From Entomortierella parvispora E1425 (Eukaryota > Fungi > Mortierellomycota): a stretch of 64,000 nucleotides of DNA. The notes under the pieces were generated by a model that ran no database searches, was not told the origin of the DNA, and saw only the letters and a program-made list of their open reading frames with translations. The translations under genes were made by a program, and so were the position numbers. Every line of letters begins with the position of its first letter. Positions within the stretch are counted from its first letter, which is position 1. Positions 26,613-38,642 of the stretch are shown in pieces. The stretch covers positions 2,294,001 through 2,358,000 of the forward strand of contig BQFW01000001.1 of the NCBI GenBank assembly GCA_020891255.1, read 5' to 3'.

Positions 26613-29330
26613 ATGAGCCACCTCGTCAACTTATCCACCTACGGTCACGACCTCAAGGCCGCATACGATTCCATCCTCCGACCCTCCGACCCAAAGAATG
26701 GCGACAACTGGGCCCTCTTTGGCTACGACAAAGGCACCAATGACCTCAAGGTCCTTGGCCACGGCTCAGGTGGACTTGAAGAGCTCGAGGACGAATTCGT
26801 GGATGGCAAGATTCAGTACGCGTTTGTTCGCATCATCGACCCCAACTCGGAACTCAACAAGTTTATTCTCATTGCCTGGGTAAGCAGCGACTCGTGTTTT
26901 CTTATCGTATATTCAACGCATGCGCTCTTTTCGACTCGACCCGAGTCGCCTGGGGGCTTTGCTGGACTCGACGTGTGCCAAGCCTGGGCCTTTGATCGAA
27001 ACAGGACCCAAAGGACAGCGCAGAAAAGGAAGGGCTGTCGTTGAATTTATTTGGTGGCGACTTTCTATGACGTCCTTGCTTGGCGGCCTCGCCTCCGGAT
27101 GTCGTTCATTCATTGGAACGGTGCTCAAGCTAATATGGGCTGTATGCCACCGCTTCATTTGTCTTTCTAGTGCGGCGACGGTGTGCCTGAATCAAAGAAG
27201 GGACTCTTCAACTCCCATCTCGCCGATATCTCCAACTTTTTGAGGGTAAGCCCCATGTTCTGATGCATCCAAGGACTCTGCTGCGATGGTTCGGTTGTGG
27301 CCGTTCTTGTGAACTGATTGACACACGATAACCTGACTCAACTGTCTATGGACGACACGTTTCTTTAGGGATATCACTTGCAGATCAATGCACGTTGTGA
27401 GGCCGATGTTACGCCAGCTCAGATCATGAAGAGAGTGAACGAAGGTTCTGGTTCAAAGTACTCGATTCACAAGGAGACATACGAGGCAGAGAGAATTCGA
27501 CCCTTGCAGTCGGCCTATAAAAAGACCGAGATTCCCGATATTGCAGCTCTTCAGCGTAACCCCACCAAGCCAGAGCCAGCCCCCAAGGTAAATGAGAGAG
27601 CTCTGCACCCGCAACTTGAGCTACAGAAAGACATGGACAGTCTATCATGAGCATTCTGAAATCTAATACTTTTCAAACTTTCTATCATTCCAGTACAACG
27701 TTGGAAACAAGACTTTCGGTGCTTCTTCTGCATCTGCTGCCCCCGCCCCAGCAGCATCAAAGCCTCTCTGGAACGCTCCTTCCCCATCATCCACCCCCGC
27801 ATCTTCGTCCTCATCAACACCTGTGGAAAGATCATGGAAGACTTCTGTCGGATCGTCTTACAGCGCGTCTACCAACTCTGGATTTAACAAGGTTGCTCCC
27901 CCTAGCTCCTTACTTTCCTATGGACAGTCATCCACCCCCAATGAGCCTACGATGAACAAAGCCCAGCAGATGCGTTTGGAGCGTGAGGCCCGTGAGAAAG
28001 AGGAGCGTGAGAGAATCAAGCGCGAGATCGCTGCCAGTGAAGCCCGTGAGAGACAAAACGACAACAGCCAGAATAGTGCTCAAAAGCAGGCCGAGGAAAG
28101 ACGTCTTCAGGAACAACGCGAACGTGAGCGTGAACAACAGCAGGAGCAGCAGAGATCTCAGGATCGTGCCAAGGAGGAACGTGCGGCTCGTGAGAAGGAA
28201 GAGCGTGAGCGTGCAGAGGCTGAAGATGCTGCCCGCTCTGCTCGTGAGGCCATCAAGGCCAGAGAGGAGGCACAGGCCCGCGATACGGCTGCACAAGAGG
28301 CCGAGAAGAAGAGACAGCAGGAGCAGCAACAACAGCGGGAGAAGGCTGACAAGGAGGCTGCCGAGAAGCGTGAGAGAGATCAACGAGAAAAGGCAGAGGC
28401 GGAAGAGCGCCGAAGACAGCAGGAACAGGAGGAAGAGGAGAGACGCCTGCATGAGGAAGAGCAGCGTCAATTGGAAGAAGAGGAAGAGCGTCGCATGCAG
28501 GAGGAGGTGAGCGCCGCCACCGCACAGTCTGTTGATCTTGGCGCCGATGCTCTTCTTGCCTCATCCTCTCATGCCCCAACTGCAGCTGGATCCGTCTCCG
28601 CCATTGTGCTGTACTCCTATGAGAAGGCAGAGGAGAACGAGATGTCTTTGGTCGAGGGCGAGATTATTTGCAATGTCACAGAGTTGGACGTTGGTTGGTG
28701 GAGCGGTGAGAGTGAGGACGGTCAAAGATCTGGATTGTTCCCAGGTATGAAAGGTCGAACTGAACTTGAGAATTGATGCTTGATACACTTTGAAGTCTGT
28801 TGCTAACAGAATACTATCTTTTGTAACCGTAGCCAACTACGTGGAGGTCATCGAGCATTCGCATGAGCACGCTGAGGCAGCGCATCATGAACAGGAGCCA
28901 GTGCATTCACCTGAGGCCGCCGCTGAGGAGCATTACCATGAACAGGCTGCAGAGCATGCCGTCGTGGATGATGCTTCAGACAAACCCTCTGCCCTTGCCC
29001 TGTATGATTACAATGCTGGAGAGCCAAACGAGATTTCATTTTCTGAGGGCGATACCTTGACTGAGATTGAGGTAAGGATATGACCTTGTGCATTCATGAT
29101 TGGGATACATTGATACAGGACCTGCTTTATTAACAAGCTTCTTCATTAGTTCGTGACTGAGGATTGGTGGAGCGGTCGTACACGGGAGGGAGCTGTTGGA
29201 CTTTTCCCATGTAAGTTGCAACCGAAGAAGGATAAGCAGAGCCGCGTCTTCATATCGTGTTGCCAGACTATTAACGCTTGTCTCTCCTTTTGAATCTCGA
29301 ATAGCCAACTACGTTGAACTTCACCAATGA
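26613..29330 (+). CDS. ABP1: Actin-binding protein 1 / drebrin-like (ADF-H domain, charged coiled coil, two SH3 domains)
   Basis: N-terminal ADF-H (NWALFGYDKGTNDLKV...GGLEELEDEFVDGKIQYAFVRIIDPNSELNKFILIAW); E/R/Q-rich coil; SH3 motifs AIVLYSYEKAEENEMSL...GWW..GLFP and ALALYDYNAGEPNEISF...DWW..GLFP|ANYVEL. Confidence 0.95.
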
Positions 29331-29552
29331 ACCAGGACAGATACCTTGCAACGACGATGAAAAAGAATTAAAATAAATAATCCGGATTTTTTTTGAGGTT
29401 TCATGGAACATTTTGTTGCACTCAGGACGGAAAAAGAGCCATGCCAGATCAAGGTTCCACTTCTTGATAGCAAAGCAGGTGGTAGACTGCAATCCTCCTA
29501 TCTTGTTGTGTATCATCGGTGGAAGAGTGCAGCCCTGTGCATCAGAGAGGTC

Positions 29553-29583
<31 letters not shown>

Positions 29584-29702
29584 GAATTATTTTCTGCAGT
29601 GCCAACTGGCACGATAGCCATTCCTCTTCTCTTTTCCTCATTCATTTCGAAATTCACATGGTCAAGATCTTGGACTTTCTCCCGCCTCAGGTGCTGGTCT
29701 CC

Positions 29703-30925
29703 ATGGCCGCGATGGACCAACGGAACCTCGACATTGACATTGGAAACCATTTCTTCATGACAGGTCTTCCATTACGGTACTGGTCCTCCCTCTCTTTAAA
29801 AAAACGTTGACAAGTTTTCGTTGTTTACTGATATGGTATTGCAGCTATGTACTACAGTACGCTTTGAACCACCTTCGTGGGATGTCTATCGACTCTAGTC
29901 ATATCCCAGGATCTGTCTTACTTGTTACAAGGTCCAGAGCGGAGCTGCAGACGCTCATGCATCTCGAGCAAGAACGCATCAAAACGACGACAAATCTGGA
30001 AAGCCGTGTGTGGCGACATTTGTTCTCGGAGGATCCACACAACCCCGTCATAGCAACAGATCAAGAAAGTCCTGTCAATGTATTCGAACCAGAGCTTTGG
30101 TCAAGGATCCACATGCGATATGCACCGACGATAGACCATGTCCAATCCCTGTTCCAGGGACTGCACCTAGAGCCAGAGGACACGAATGGCATCACTTCCT
30201 TTGGCAACTCGACAGAATCTCCTGTTTTGACTGAAGACAGCGAAGAAGGGCCACCGAGTCATACGAGGCAGCTTCCAAGTTTGGTAATACTGGTGGGATG
30301 CTTTTCGCCAGACTATACCTTCCCTAACGACCAGGACTCGGACGCGGCCCTGGAAGAGGATGCGACCTACCTGGAGAATGTGAATACCTTGACATCAAGC
30401 AAGGCCATGAGCGTGATCAAGGACTCGCTTGACTGGATTGCGAACACAAGGTAAAGAATCCACTATCCGGCGTTTTATCAACTTTTTTTTTTGCTGCAAC
30501 TTTCTGACCCCACTATGAAATCGCCATGCTATAGCGGACGAAATGTGGGCTTGGCCATATTCGAAAACACGGCCCTTCCAACTTTACCCACACCAAGCGA
30601 AAGCAGTACAACTTTGACCCCTTCGCCCAAGGATCTATGGCTCGAAAGGACAATTGGATTTTGGGTAGACGCCATCTTGACCGTTGAAAGGAAACGACCT
30701 CTCTCGACTGCAACAGAGTCCAATGCTGACTCCTTCCGACTACGGATAAAAACACACGAGGCCATCCAAAAACTATTGGATGCCGGATCAAGCCACTCTG
30801 CCACAACCACAGATACCACAGACCGGACACTAGACCCACAGTCTGTTCTCTCCGGCATGGCCTCTATAGAATGGGACTTTGACTATGACAGTAGCACCTT
30901 TCGTTCTGCAGTGTCAATAGAATGA
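29703..30925 (+). CDS. Hypothetical RecA-fold protein resembling SWSAP1 / Shu-complex Rad51-paralogue-like subunits
   Basis: Segments YVLQYAL...GSVLLVTRS...LWSRIHMRYAPTIDHVQSLFQGLH...LPSLVILVG align by eye with SWSAP1 (VLFLTRR...LQKIRFQYPPS...PSLLLLDG); introns near 29777-29844 and 30451-~30490. Confidence 0.5.
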
Positions 30926-31013
30926 ACCTTTTCTTTTTACTCACGAATGGGCCGTGTTTGGGATAGATGCCTTTTTTTTTATTTTTTTTTATTCTCTTCA
31001 GTTTTTTTGTTTT

Positions 31014-33271
31014 TCACCCGACCAAGTTTTGGATCGACATCATGTTGGCAGAACTAGCACTAAACGATTTCCTGCGTGCCATTTCCACGTCGCGTTCACC
31101 ATGAGAACTCTTTTGACCCAATGGAGGACGAAAAGAGACCTTTCCGCTTTCCATTGGCACGTCCTCCTCCTCGTCGTCGTCTTGATCCTCCTCCGTCGCC
31201 CTTGATGTCTCCCTGTCGTCTTCTTCTTCATCGTCCTCCTGTTCGTCGTCCTCGTCGTCCTCGTCATCATATACATCCGAGTGCTCGATAGAGTCCCTCA
31301 GATCCTCTCGAGAGTCGACTCTGTTCTGAAGCAGGGATGGGGTGGTAGAGGAGGACGAAAAGACTCTTGGACGAGCTACACGCGCAGGGGGCTGCTGGTT
31401 GTGCTGGCGATGCACAGCTGGGAAGGCGTACGGTGAGGGCGCCCTTGCGTGAGGGTGATGATGATGTGGGTGCAACGGCGACAAGGGAGAACGTGGCTCG
31501 TGAGGCTTGATGAGTGTGGAGGAGGAAGTCGACACGCCTGGCAAAGGAGCGAAATGTCCTGGACCGGATCGAGAAGAAGAAGAGTGGGTGTTGGATCCAG
31601 AGGAAGGTGCGCCATGGGCCATGATGACATGAGATGATAATGACCGAGGAATGTCGGGGGTCCTTGGAGGGGAAGGCAACATCATGTTGGACGGTGAAGA
31701 GCTGGATCGTGCCATGGCCATGCTCATGGACATGGGCATGTTCGTCAAGGATTTCGGTGGCAAAGAGTTGTTCACTGGCAGGGAATGGCGACGCTCGTAG
31801 GGCATGAACCTTGAGAGGGGGCTTTGGTGAGAAGGCGAGCTTGGCATGCGATGAGAGGAAGGATAGGGAGGGGGCTGATGATGAAGAGGCGACACTTCAC
31901 CATTGGATGTGAACTCTCCATGCTGATGCAGATTCTCTTGGGAGCGATGATGTTGGTGATACCGATGCGGGCTGTATTGACCTTGGGGGGTCCGATACTG
32001 CGATTGCTGCTGGTCAAGATGATGATGCTGGTAGTGGTGAAGATGTAGGTTGGACTGAGAGTGAGGTGAGAGATGACCGGCGCTATGTTGGACCATGATG
32101 GAAGGCATGCTCATCCTCCTCTTCTTGCGTTGCATGGTCGTGTTGAAGTGGTTCTTGATCGCGTTGTCGGGCCGACCGGGCATCAGCTTGGCCATCTCGG
32201 CCCACTTGGAACCAATTTGACTGTACAGCTCCAGAATTCGCATGTCCTCTTCGTGCGTGAAGGGGGATTTGTTAACTGTAGGAGAAAGTATAGAACAAAG
32301 TCAGCTCACCAAATCTTGCAATGGAGATGTTAGATGTTGCGTGCGGAGGAGTCAGGACAGAGAGGCAAACATACTCTGAGGGTCCAAGTGATTGTGCCAT
32401 CGCTCTCGACATTGCTTGCCAGTGCGAGATCCGATCCTTGAGGCGATAAAGACCCACTTCTCGGGACCAAAGTCGTTGACAAGGCTCGTGAGACGGTTGT
32501 CCTCCTATGTAAAAGAAAGGAAAGGACCGAAGGCGTCAATGACCAGGAAGGTGTGTGTGCAGTCAAATACATCACTGCTTCAACTATTCAATGGGGGTAG
32601 AGGGAATGTGTACCTCTTCTGTCCAAGGGCCCTTGACCTGACGGGGTCGCGAGGTCGAAGATAAGGCGCGCCAGCGATGCAGACATTCCTCTCGATCACG
32701 CGTTCCCTCTGGGAAAGCGTACTCGGCAACGGTTCGCCAAGACTTTGTGCCATGGACCGTTACAGCCTCGTGCAGCGCTTGATCCTGGAGAAAGGCGGAA
32801 TGATAAAAAGGCAAAAATAGCAAATAAAAATTGGAATCAGGATTCATCCTTTATCGTACATGAAGAAGAGAGAGAGAGAAGAGAGAGAAAGAAAAAGGGA
32901 GAGGAGACAACAAGCAACGGTCCAGATTTTCGCTTTTTCTTTTTTTTTTTTTTTTTTTTTACCTCGAGGCGATGCCATTGTCTTGAGCCGAAGGATGAGC
33001 TATCGCTCCTTTCCGCATATGACTGATGTTGAAGGTCCTGGTGTGAATGTGAACGCTCATAGTGATGTTGAGAGTGGTAGGGTGCCTGTTGTTGTGGGTG
33101 ATGATGGTGTTGTGACTGAGGGTAAGCAATTGAGGGGTGAGCATGGAATACTGAGGACATGGAGGCGTTCGATCCGGACGAACTTGGGGATGAGAAGCTG
33201 AGACGCTCCATCGATTTTTCCATATTGAAATCGGTCGTGTTCAGGGGAGGCAAGTCGGTTGGGATCCTCAT
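31014..33271 (-). CDS. Myb-family transcription factor with three Myb repeats
   Basis: Repeats [12 protein letters not shown]...ECLHRW, GPWTEE|[42 protein letters not shown] and [42 protein letters not shown], followed by a low-complexity His/Ser/Pro tail. Confidence 0.93.
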
Positions 33272-33298
33272 GGCTGCTTTTTAAGAATTAGGGTAGGT

Positions 33299-33338
33299 AT
33301 GAGTGCGTGCGTGTGCGTGTGTGTGCGTGTGTGTGTGT
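33299..33338. repeat. (GT)n/(GCGT)n microsatellite upstream of the Myb gene
   Basis: GAGTGCGTGCGTGTGCGTGTGTGTGCGTGTGTGTGTGT seen directly. Confidence 0.8.
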
Positions 33339-35911
33339 TTGATATGGAGGGAAGGTCTGTTATATGAAAAGACCAGAGCAGAATTAATGATTAGGAGGGT
33401 ATTAAATAAGGGTCGCTTGTAGAGGACTCGAGAAAAGAAGGTATGGAGGGGAAAGGCCGAGTTGTCAAGGTTTTTTGATTGCAGGGAGTAATCTGCCCGT
33501 TGTGTAGAAATAGCAATGAAAGGTGCGCTGTGGAATAGGAATGAGAACAACAAACAACCACCAACAGATTAAAGGCTATAGATAAGCAAGGTGAGGGTGT
33601 TTCGCGACAGGATGAATGGGTATGAGGAGATGAGGGAGAGAGAAAGAAAGAAAGGAAAGAGAAAGAGAAAAAAAAAAGGGAAACTGTCGAAATGAACGTC
33701 GGGTTAATAAACGGGAAAATTTCGACAGGTTGAGGAGACTCATTCATTCGACCCTTTTCATGGATCTGCAAAGAGAGGAAGTGGACGAGTTTGAGAAGCG
33801 AGAGTGAGAGTGAGAGTGAGTGACTTTCCGGTAGCGTGTTTCTTGTTGTTGGCTACTTGTTCCTCCCATGGTTCTCTCATGGGATCCCCCTCTCCCTTTT
33901 CCGAAGTGTGCCTGGGAACGATTGGAATATCGAGATGGAAGGATGGATCGTGCGTTCAAACCATTGCCCGTCTGTCCGTCTGACCGATAGACTGGGACTC
34001 CCTCAGTCAGTCTTCTCTTTCTTTCGTCTACTCTACCTGGCCCCCCTCCTCCTCTTTCTCCGGAAAAGAGCGCCTGTCCTTTGTGCGATGCGTGTTTTTC
34101 ATAAAGGGACAAACAAAAAAAAAAAAAAAAATGAACCCTCAGGAGGCCCCGGAGGTGTTGTTGTTTAATGTTGTTGATGCATCGTTATGGTTGTTGCGCG
34201 TGGAAACCTGAGAGCAAAAACATGTTGCTCTTGTCAGCACAAAAACACCATCGTGTTGCCCCTCCCTTTTTTCTTTCTCTCTGTCTCTCTCGCAAGAGCA
34301 ACCCAAAGGGCAGCCACCACGCAAAAGGGGGTAGGTGTGTGTCTATAGCATGTGTCTTGTGTGTGCGGATAGACTCTGAACGCGGAGAGAGGGCCCAACA
34401 AGAATATTCAGGAAGAAAGAGGAGAACAAAAAAACGGTGCAAGGTGTGAAGAGTAGAGGAGCTCTCTCCCCCCAAAGGAGACGGATGTCTTTGTCTTAGT
34501 TCTTGTTGTTCTGGTTGTTACTCCTCTTGCTGTTGTTCTTGTTGCTGCTCTTGTTCTTCTTGTTGTTATTTTCTTTTTCTTTTTCTTTTTCTTTTTTTAA
34601 TGAAGGGGTTGATGGTGGGGTGGGCAGTTGCGGACCAGTCCTGTCAAGGAGGTCATACTAGACCCTTTCCACGTCGAAATCGTGGCAGTACAAAGACTCC
34701 TTTTCGATTGGCCAAAAAAACACGCCCAGCTGGTGTTGATCCGTCCTTCTTTGGGTTCAACCCGAGCCAGGAGCCTTCCGTCGCCTCATGGTCATCCCTT
34801 CCTTGCATTTTTTTTCATCCTGGCGGCATGGATGGGTGGATGGGCAGTACCTAAACGTCGGACATGCACGCCCGCATGCATCGTACAATAGACACACTCT
34901 TCCTAAGAAAAAAAGACTCCTCTCTGTTCCTTTTTACTTTCCTGCAAAAAGCTTCCATCTTTCTGCACCACACAACACTTATCTAATCCGATTGGGGAGA
35001 TGGCGCAGGAACAATCCGCAATGGCGCGTCCAACACGCGTCTTTCGGGGTGCTTTTTCCTTCAGAGCACGAACAAACCTCTTTGGAGTCAACGTTTTCCC
35101 GCCAAGACAGAAAGACCAGTGAGCGAATGATGAGTCCATTTCCGAGAGGTGTAGCAGATTCGAATCTAGAGAAAGGGTCAGATGGTACCCAGCGTGGATG
35201 TGACCCTGCACACCGTGGAGGGGGCCACCCATACACTTAAAAATAATAAAAAAAATAAAAATGTACCTAGTCGCTGCAAGGAGATCACTTTGGGCAAACA
35301 AAAAGAAGCTTTTGAGGGGGACGAAAGTGAGGGGGAACTCGATGATTGCGAGAGATGCATGACAGACTCTTGCCACTTGTTTTGTCTCTTTGTTTTTTTC
35401 AGGAATGACGAAGTCGGGCATATCTCCCCCCCTCATTCCCCTTCCACACATGTTCTGGTCGATGTCCAATTGCTTTGGCATATCGGTTTTGGGGACCTGT
35501 TGTCACCCCTCCTTGATCCCTTCTTTTTTTTTTTCTTTTTCTCTCTCTCTCTTTTACCCATCATCATCGCGCTCCTAGAAATCGGTTGAACTACCTGGTG
35601 TGGATGGGTTGTGAGTGACATCCTGTGCTGCCATCCTGTGAGGGCCTTGCAGACAAATGCAGGAGGTTTGGGTTCATGGAAACCAAAAAGCCCCCTCCCC
35701 TTGCAGGGCGGTGCATGCGTCTATCTTTGTTTTGTTTTCTGGCGTCCACACCGCAGGAAAAAATAAATAACACTAAAAGAAAAAAAAAAAAAACAGTCTA
35801 TCTTTCTTCCAAGGGCTTTAAAGTCTACATGACAGTCCAGACCCAGATCCAGACCCAAATGGTAGTTGTGTTTATTAGAGAATATACATGCTAGGTAGAT
35901 AGTAGTGTGTT

Positions 35912-38642
35912 TCATGAGCGACGCGCATTCTGCAAAAGAATGGGGTCATTTCTCGAAGGCAGAGGAGGTGGGGGGACCGGACGGTTCTGGGTCTGGCGCA
36001 TGGGAGGAGGAGGAGGCACGGCCAATGCAGTCACGACATGGTCTTGCGATCGGTTCAGAGGTTGAGGATGTTTGATGGTGTACTGAGAGTTGTTCGCAGA
36101 CCCGTTGGCATTTGAATATTTTCGGGTCGCTGCCCAGGCTCGGATCTGATCACGCTTGCGGTAGCAAACAACGGCGCTGATAACAATAGCCACAAAAATG
36201 GACCCGATAACAATGAGGATGATCTGCCAGACCTCCATACCGTTGAGAATGGGGGGAAGATCGGGGCGACCGGCCGCAATGGCCACATAGGGTGGCGAGT
36301 CTTTTGAAGTCATGACCTGGTAGGCTATCAGGCCATTGAATGGTGCGTTATAATCCAGAGCAACCTAGCAACATAAATAAGCGAAAGCAAGGGGATGCCA
36401 TCCTGTCAGCAAAAAAAACCAGATCGAAACGGTCGCCTTTGCTTACCGCAATCATAACCACCCCCACCAAACACACAAAAATCAAAAACTGTACCTCACT
36501 TTGTCTCCAGTCACTTCGACGGTCTTCGAAGCGATCGTTCTTGTCGGGTCCACCAACAAGGGCTCCGTAGATGGTGTACTTCTCCTTAGCGGGGTAGGAA
36601 TCAAGGGTGCCAGGGTCATCTCCGCCGGAAGCCGGGGCCGAGTGAGGGTTGATGGGAGAATTGGGGTGCACACCGACAACGTAGGGGGTCTTTTCAGGAT
36701 TATCTCCTAGCAAATAGTTGATCTGACCCAAAGCAAACGCCTGGTACTCCGATACTTTCTCCTGAATCGTGGCATTGCCGTTGCTGTTGCTCTCCATCTG
36801 GGTGGACAACAGCATGAGGCCGAACGCAGCGTTTGCCGAGACAACTGAAGTGTCATCCCCCGAGTTTCCGTTGCAGAAGTAGAGACCGCCCTTGGTGAAC
36901 ATGCAGGGCTTAGGAGCATTTTTTGTAAAATCGGCAAACTGCTCCGAGAGGCTTTGCCACTTTGAGTAAGCACTCGTTCCATTGGTCAAGCTTGCCATCA
37001 AGATGTAAACGAAGCCTGTCTTGTCGTCCCAGGTAACGGGGTTGGTCTGGATTCCCTGGGAGTTCTCAGAGTCAATATACACACCGGCTTTCTGGGCATA
37101 GATTGGGTTCTTGGTCAAACTGTATAGCCAGGCAGCACCCCAAGCCAGTTCATCTACAAACCCAGAAGACGCGTAGCAGCAGGAGGCAGCTGGGACAACG
37201 GTCTGGTACACCTGCTGTGGCGTGGCTGTCTCTGCAAGGTTATAAAGGACCTCGGCGTGGGTCTGGAGAGTAGTGGCATATGTAGCGTTGTTTAGCTTGT
37301 CACGGTACAACTGAGAGCAGGCAGAAAAGGCTGCGGAGGCATCGGCCATGACATCCGTTCCCGGGCTGGTCCTGTTCACCTGGAATGAAGCACGGGGTCC
37401 AGGGATAGTCGTATCGGGCCCCCAATAGTTGTTATCGATATCGCTGGTGCCGACTTGAACCCAGAGCGTGTCGTTGTTGGAGTGGGCTTTCATCAGCCAG
37501 TCCATACCCCAACGAACCATCTGGTCCAAATACTGAGTTTGGTTGGCAAGCTCGTAGCCTTCAAAGTAGGTAAGACCGCCCCAGCATGTTTCTGCAAGTG
37601 TAAACGTGAGAGGAAAAATGAACTTGAGATAATCTCCAGCATCGTAGTAGCCCTGAAGAAAAAGAAAAAAAAAGTCATTGCAGGGCAAGAGTCAGTTCAC
37701 GGCGAGGACCAATTGTGTTTGATGTGCCCACGATTGAGTTCCACTTACCCCTGTCAGATCAACACCGACATCGCTGCCATCGGTCATGGCAGAGTTATTG
37801 CGCTAGTAAACACAGAAAACAGGTCCAGAATAAGTTTAACGAGAAAATGGCAATTTTGTCCCTGTGGCCACTAGGTTAACTTCGCTATTCCTGTCTTGAA
37901 AACGACAGCCAAGAACTTATAAACATGGCAAGGATATTTCTTTTTCCATGCGGGAACTGACCCTACTGGTGCTAAAAGAACAATGACTTACCCAAGTAAC
38001 GCGTTGATTCGGTGGGAGTTTGCCCGAACGCTGAGCCTCGTAGAACAATAAGGAGTAGTCGAGCAACCTAAACGCCACATGCACGAAGCAGAAGGTCAGA
38101 GAGGTACTTGCAGAAGAATCGGCTTAATCTTTATCCTCGTCGCGTACAATAGCCGCCAGCAGTAATCAAATTTGTCTTTTGATCAGAACATTCCACGGAC
38201 TGGGAGTGGCGATCGTTCTACCGGTCGTACCGATCCCTTTTTTGTTAACGGCGAGGGGGGACGATAGTAGTGGTAATGGGGGACGATAGTGGTGGCAATG
38301 AGTAGGGGGGGGGGGGGACTGGACAACCTACTTGACGTATTCGGAATCTGGGAACGAAGGGCTCGTTACGTTGTCCCGGGGCTCGTCAGGGAAGACGGGT
38401 GGCGCCCCTGAACCTGCATTAAATGTGGGCGATGGCGCAGGCGGTTTTGGAGCAACGGTGGTCGTGGCGGGGGGAGGAGGAGGTACTGCAGTGGGAATGG
38501 CTGCGGCTGAGCTCGTGGCGGGGACTGGTGTGGGCGAGGGAGGCGGGGCAGAGGGCGATTCCTGGGCACCGGCGGTGTTTGAGCAGAGGGTTGCAACAAG
38601 GGCCACAGCGGCCCATATTGAGGTAGAGGTCGGTATCTTCAT
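35912..38642 (-). CDS. Glycoside hydrolase family 9 endoglucanase with signal peptide, Pro/Thr-rich N-terminal linker and C-terminal TM anchor
   Basis: Signal [26 protein letters not shown]; GH9 motifs [17 protein letters not shown]|[11 protein letters not shown] and [25 protein letters not shown]|ALDYNAP; [28 protein letters not shown]. Confidence 0.93.
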
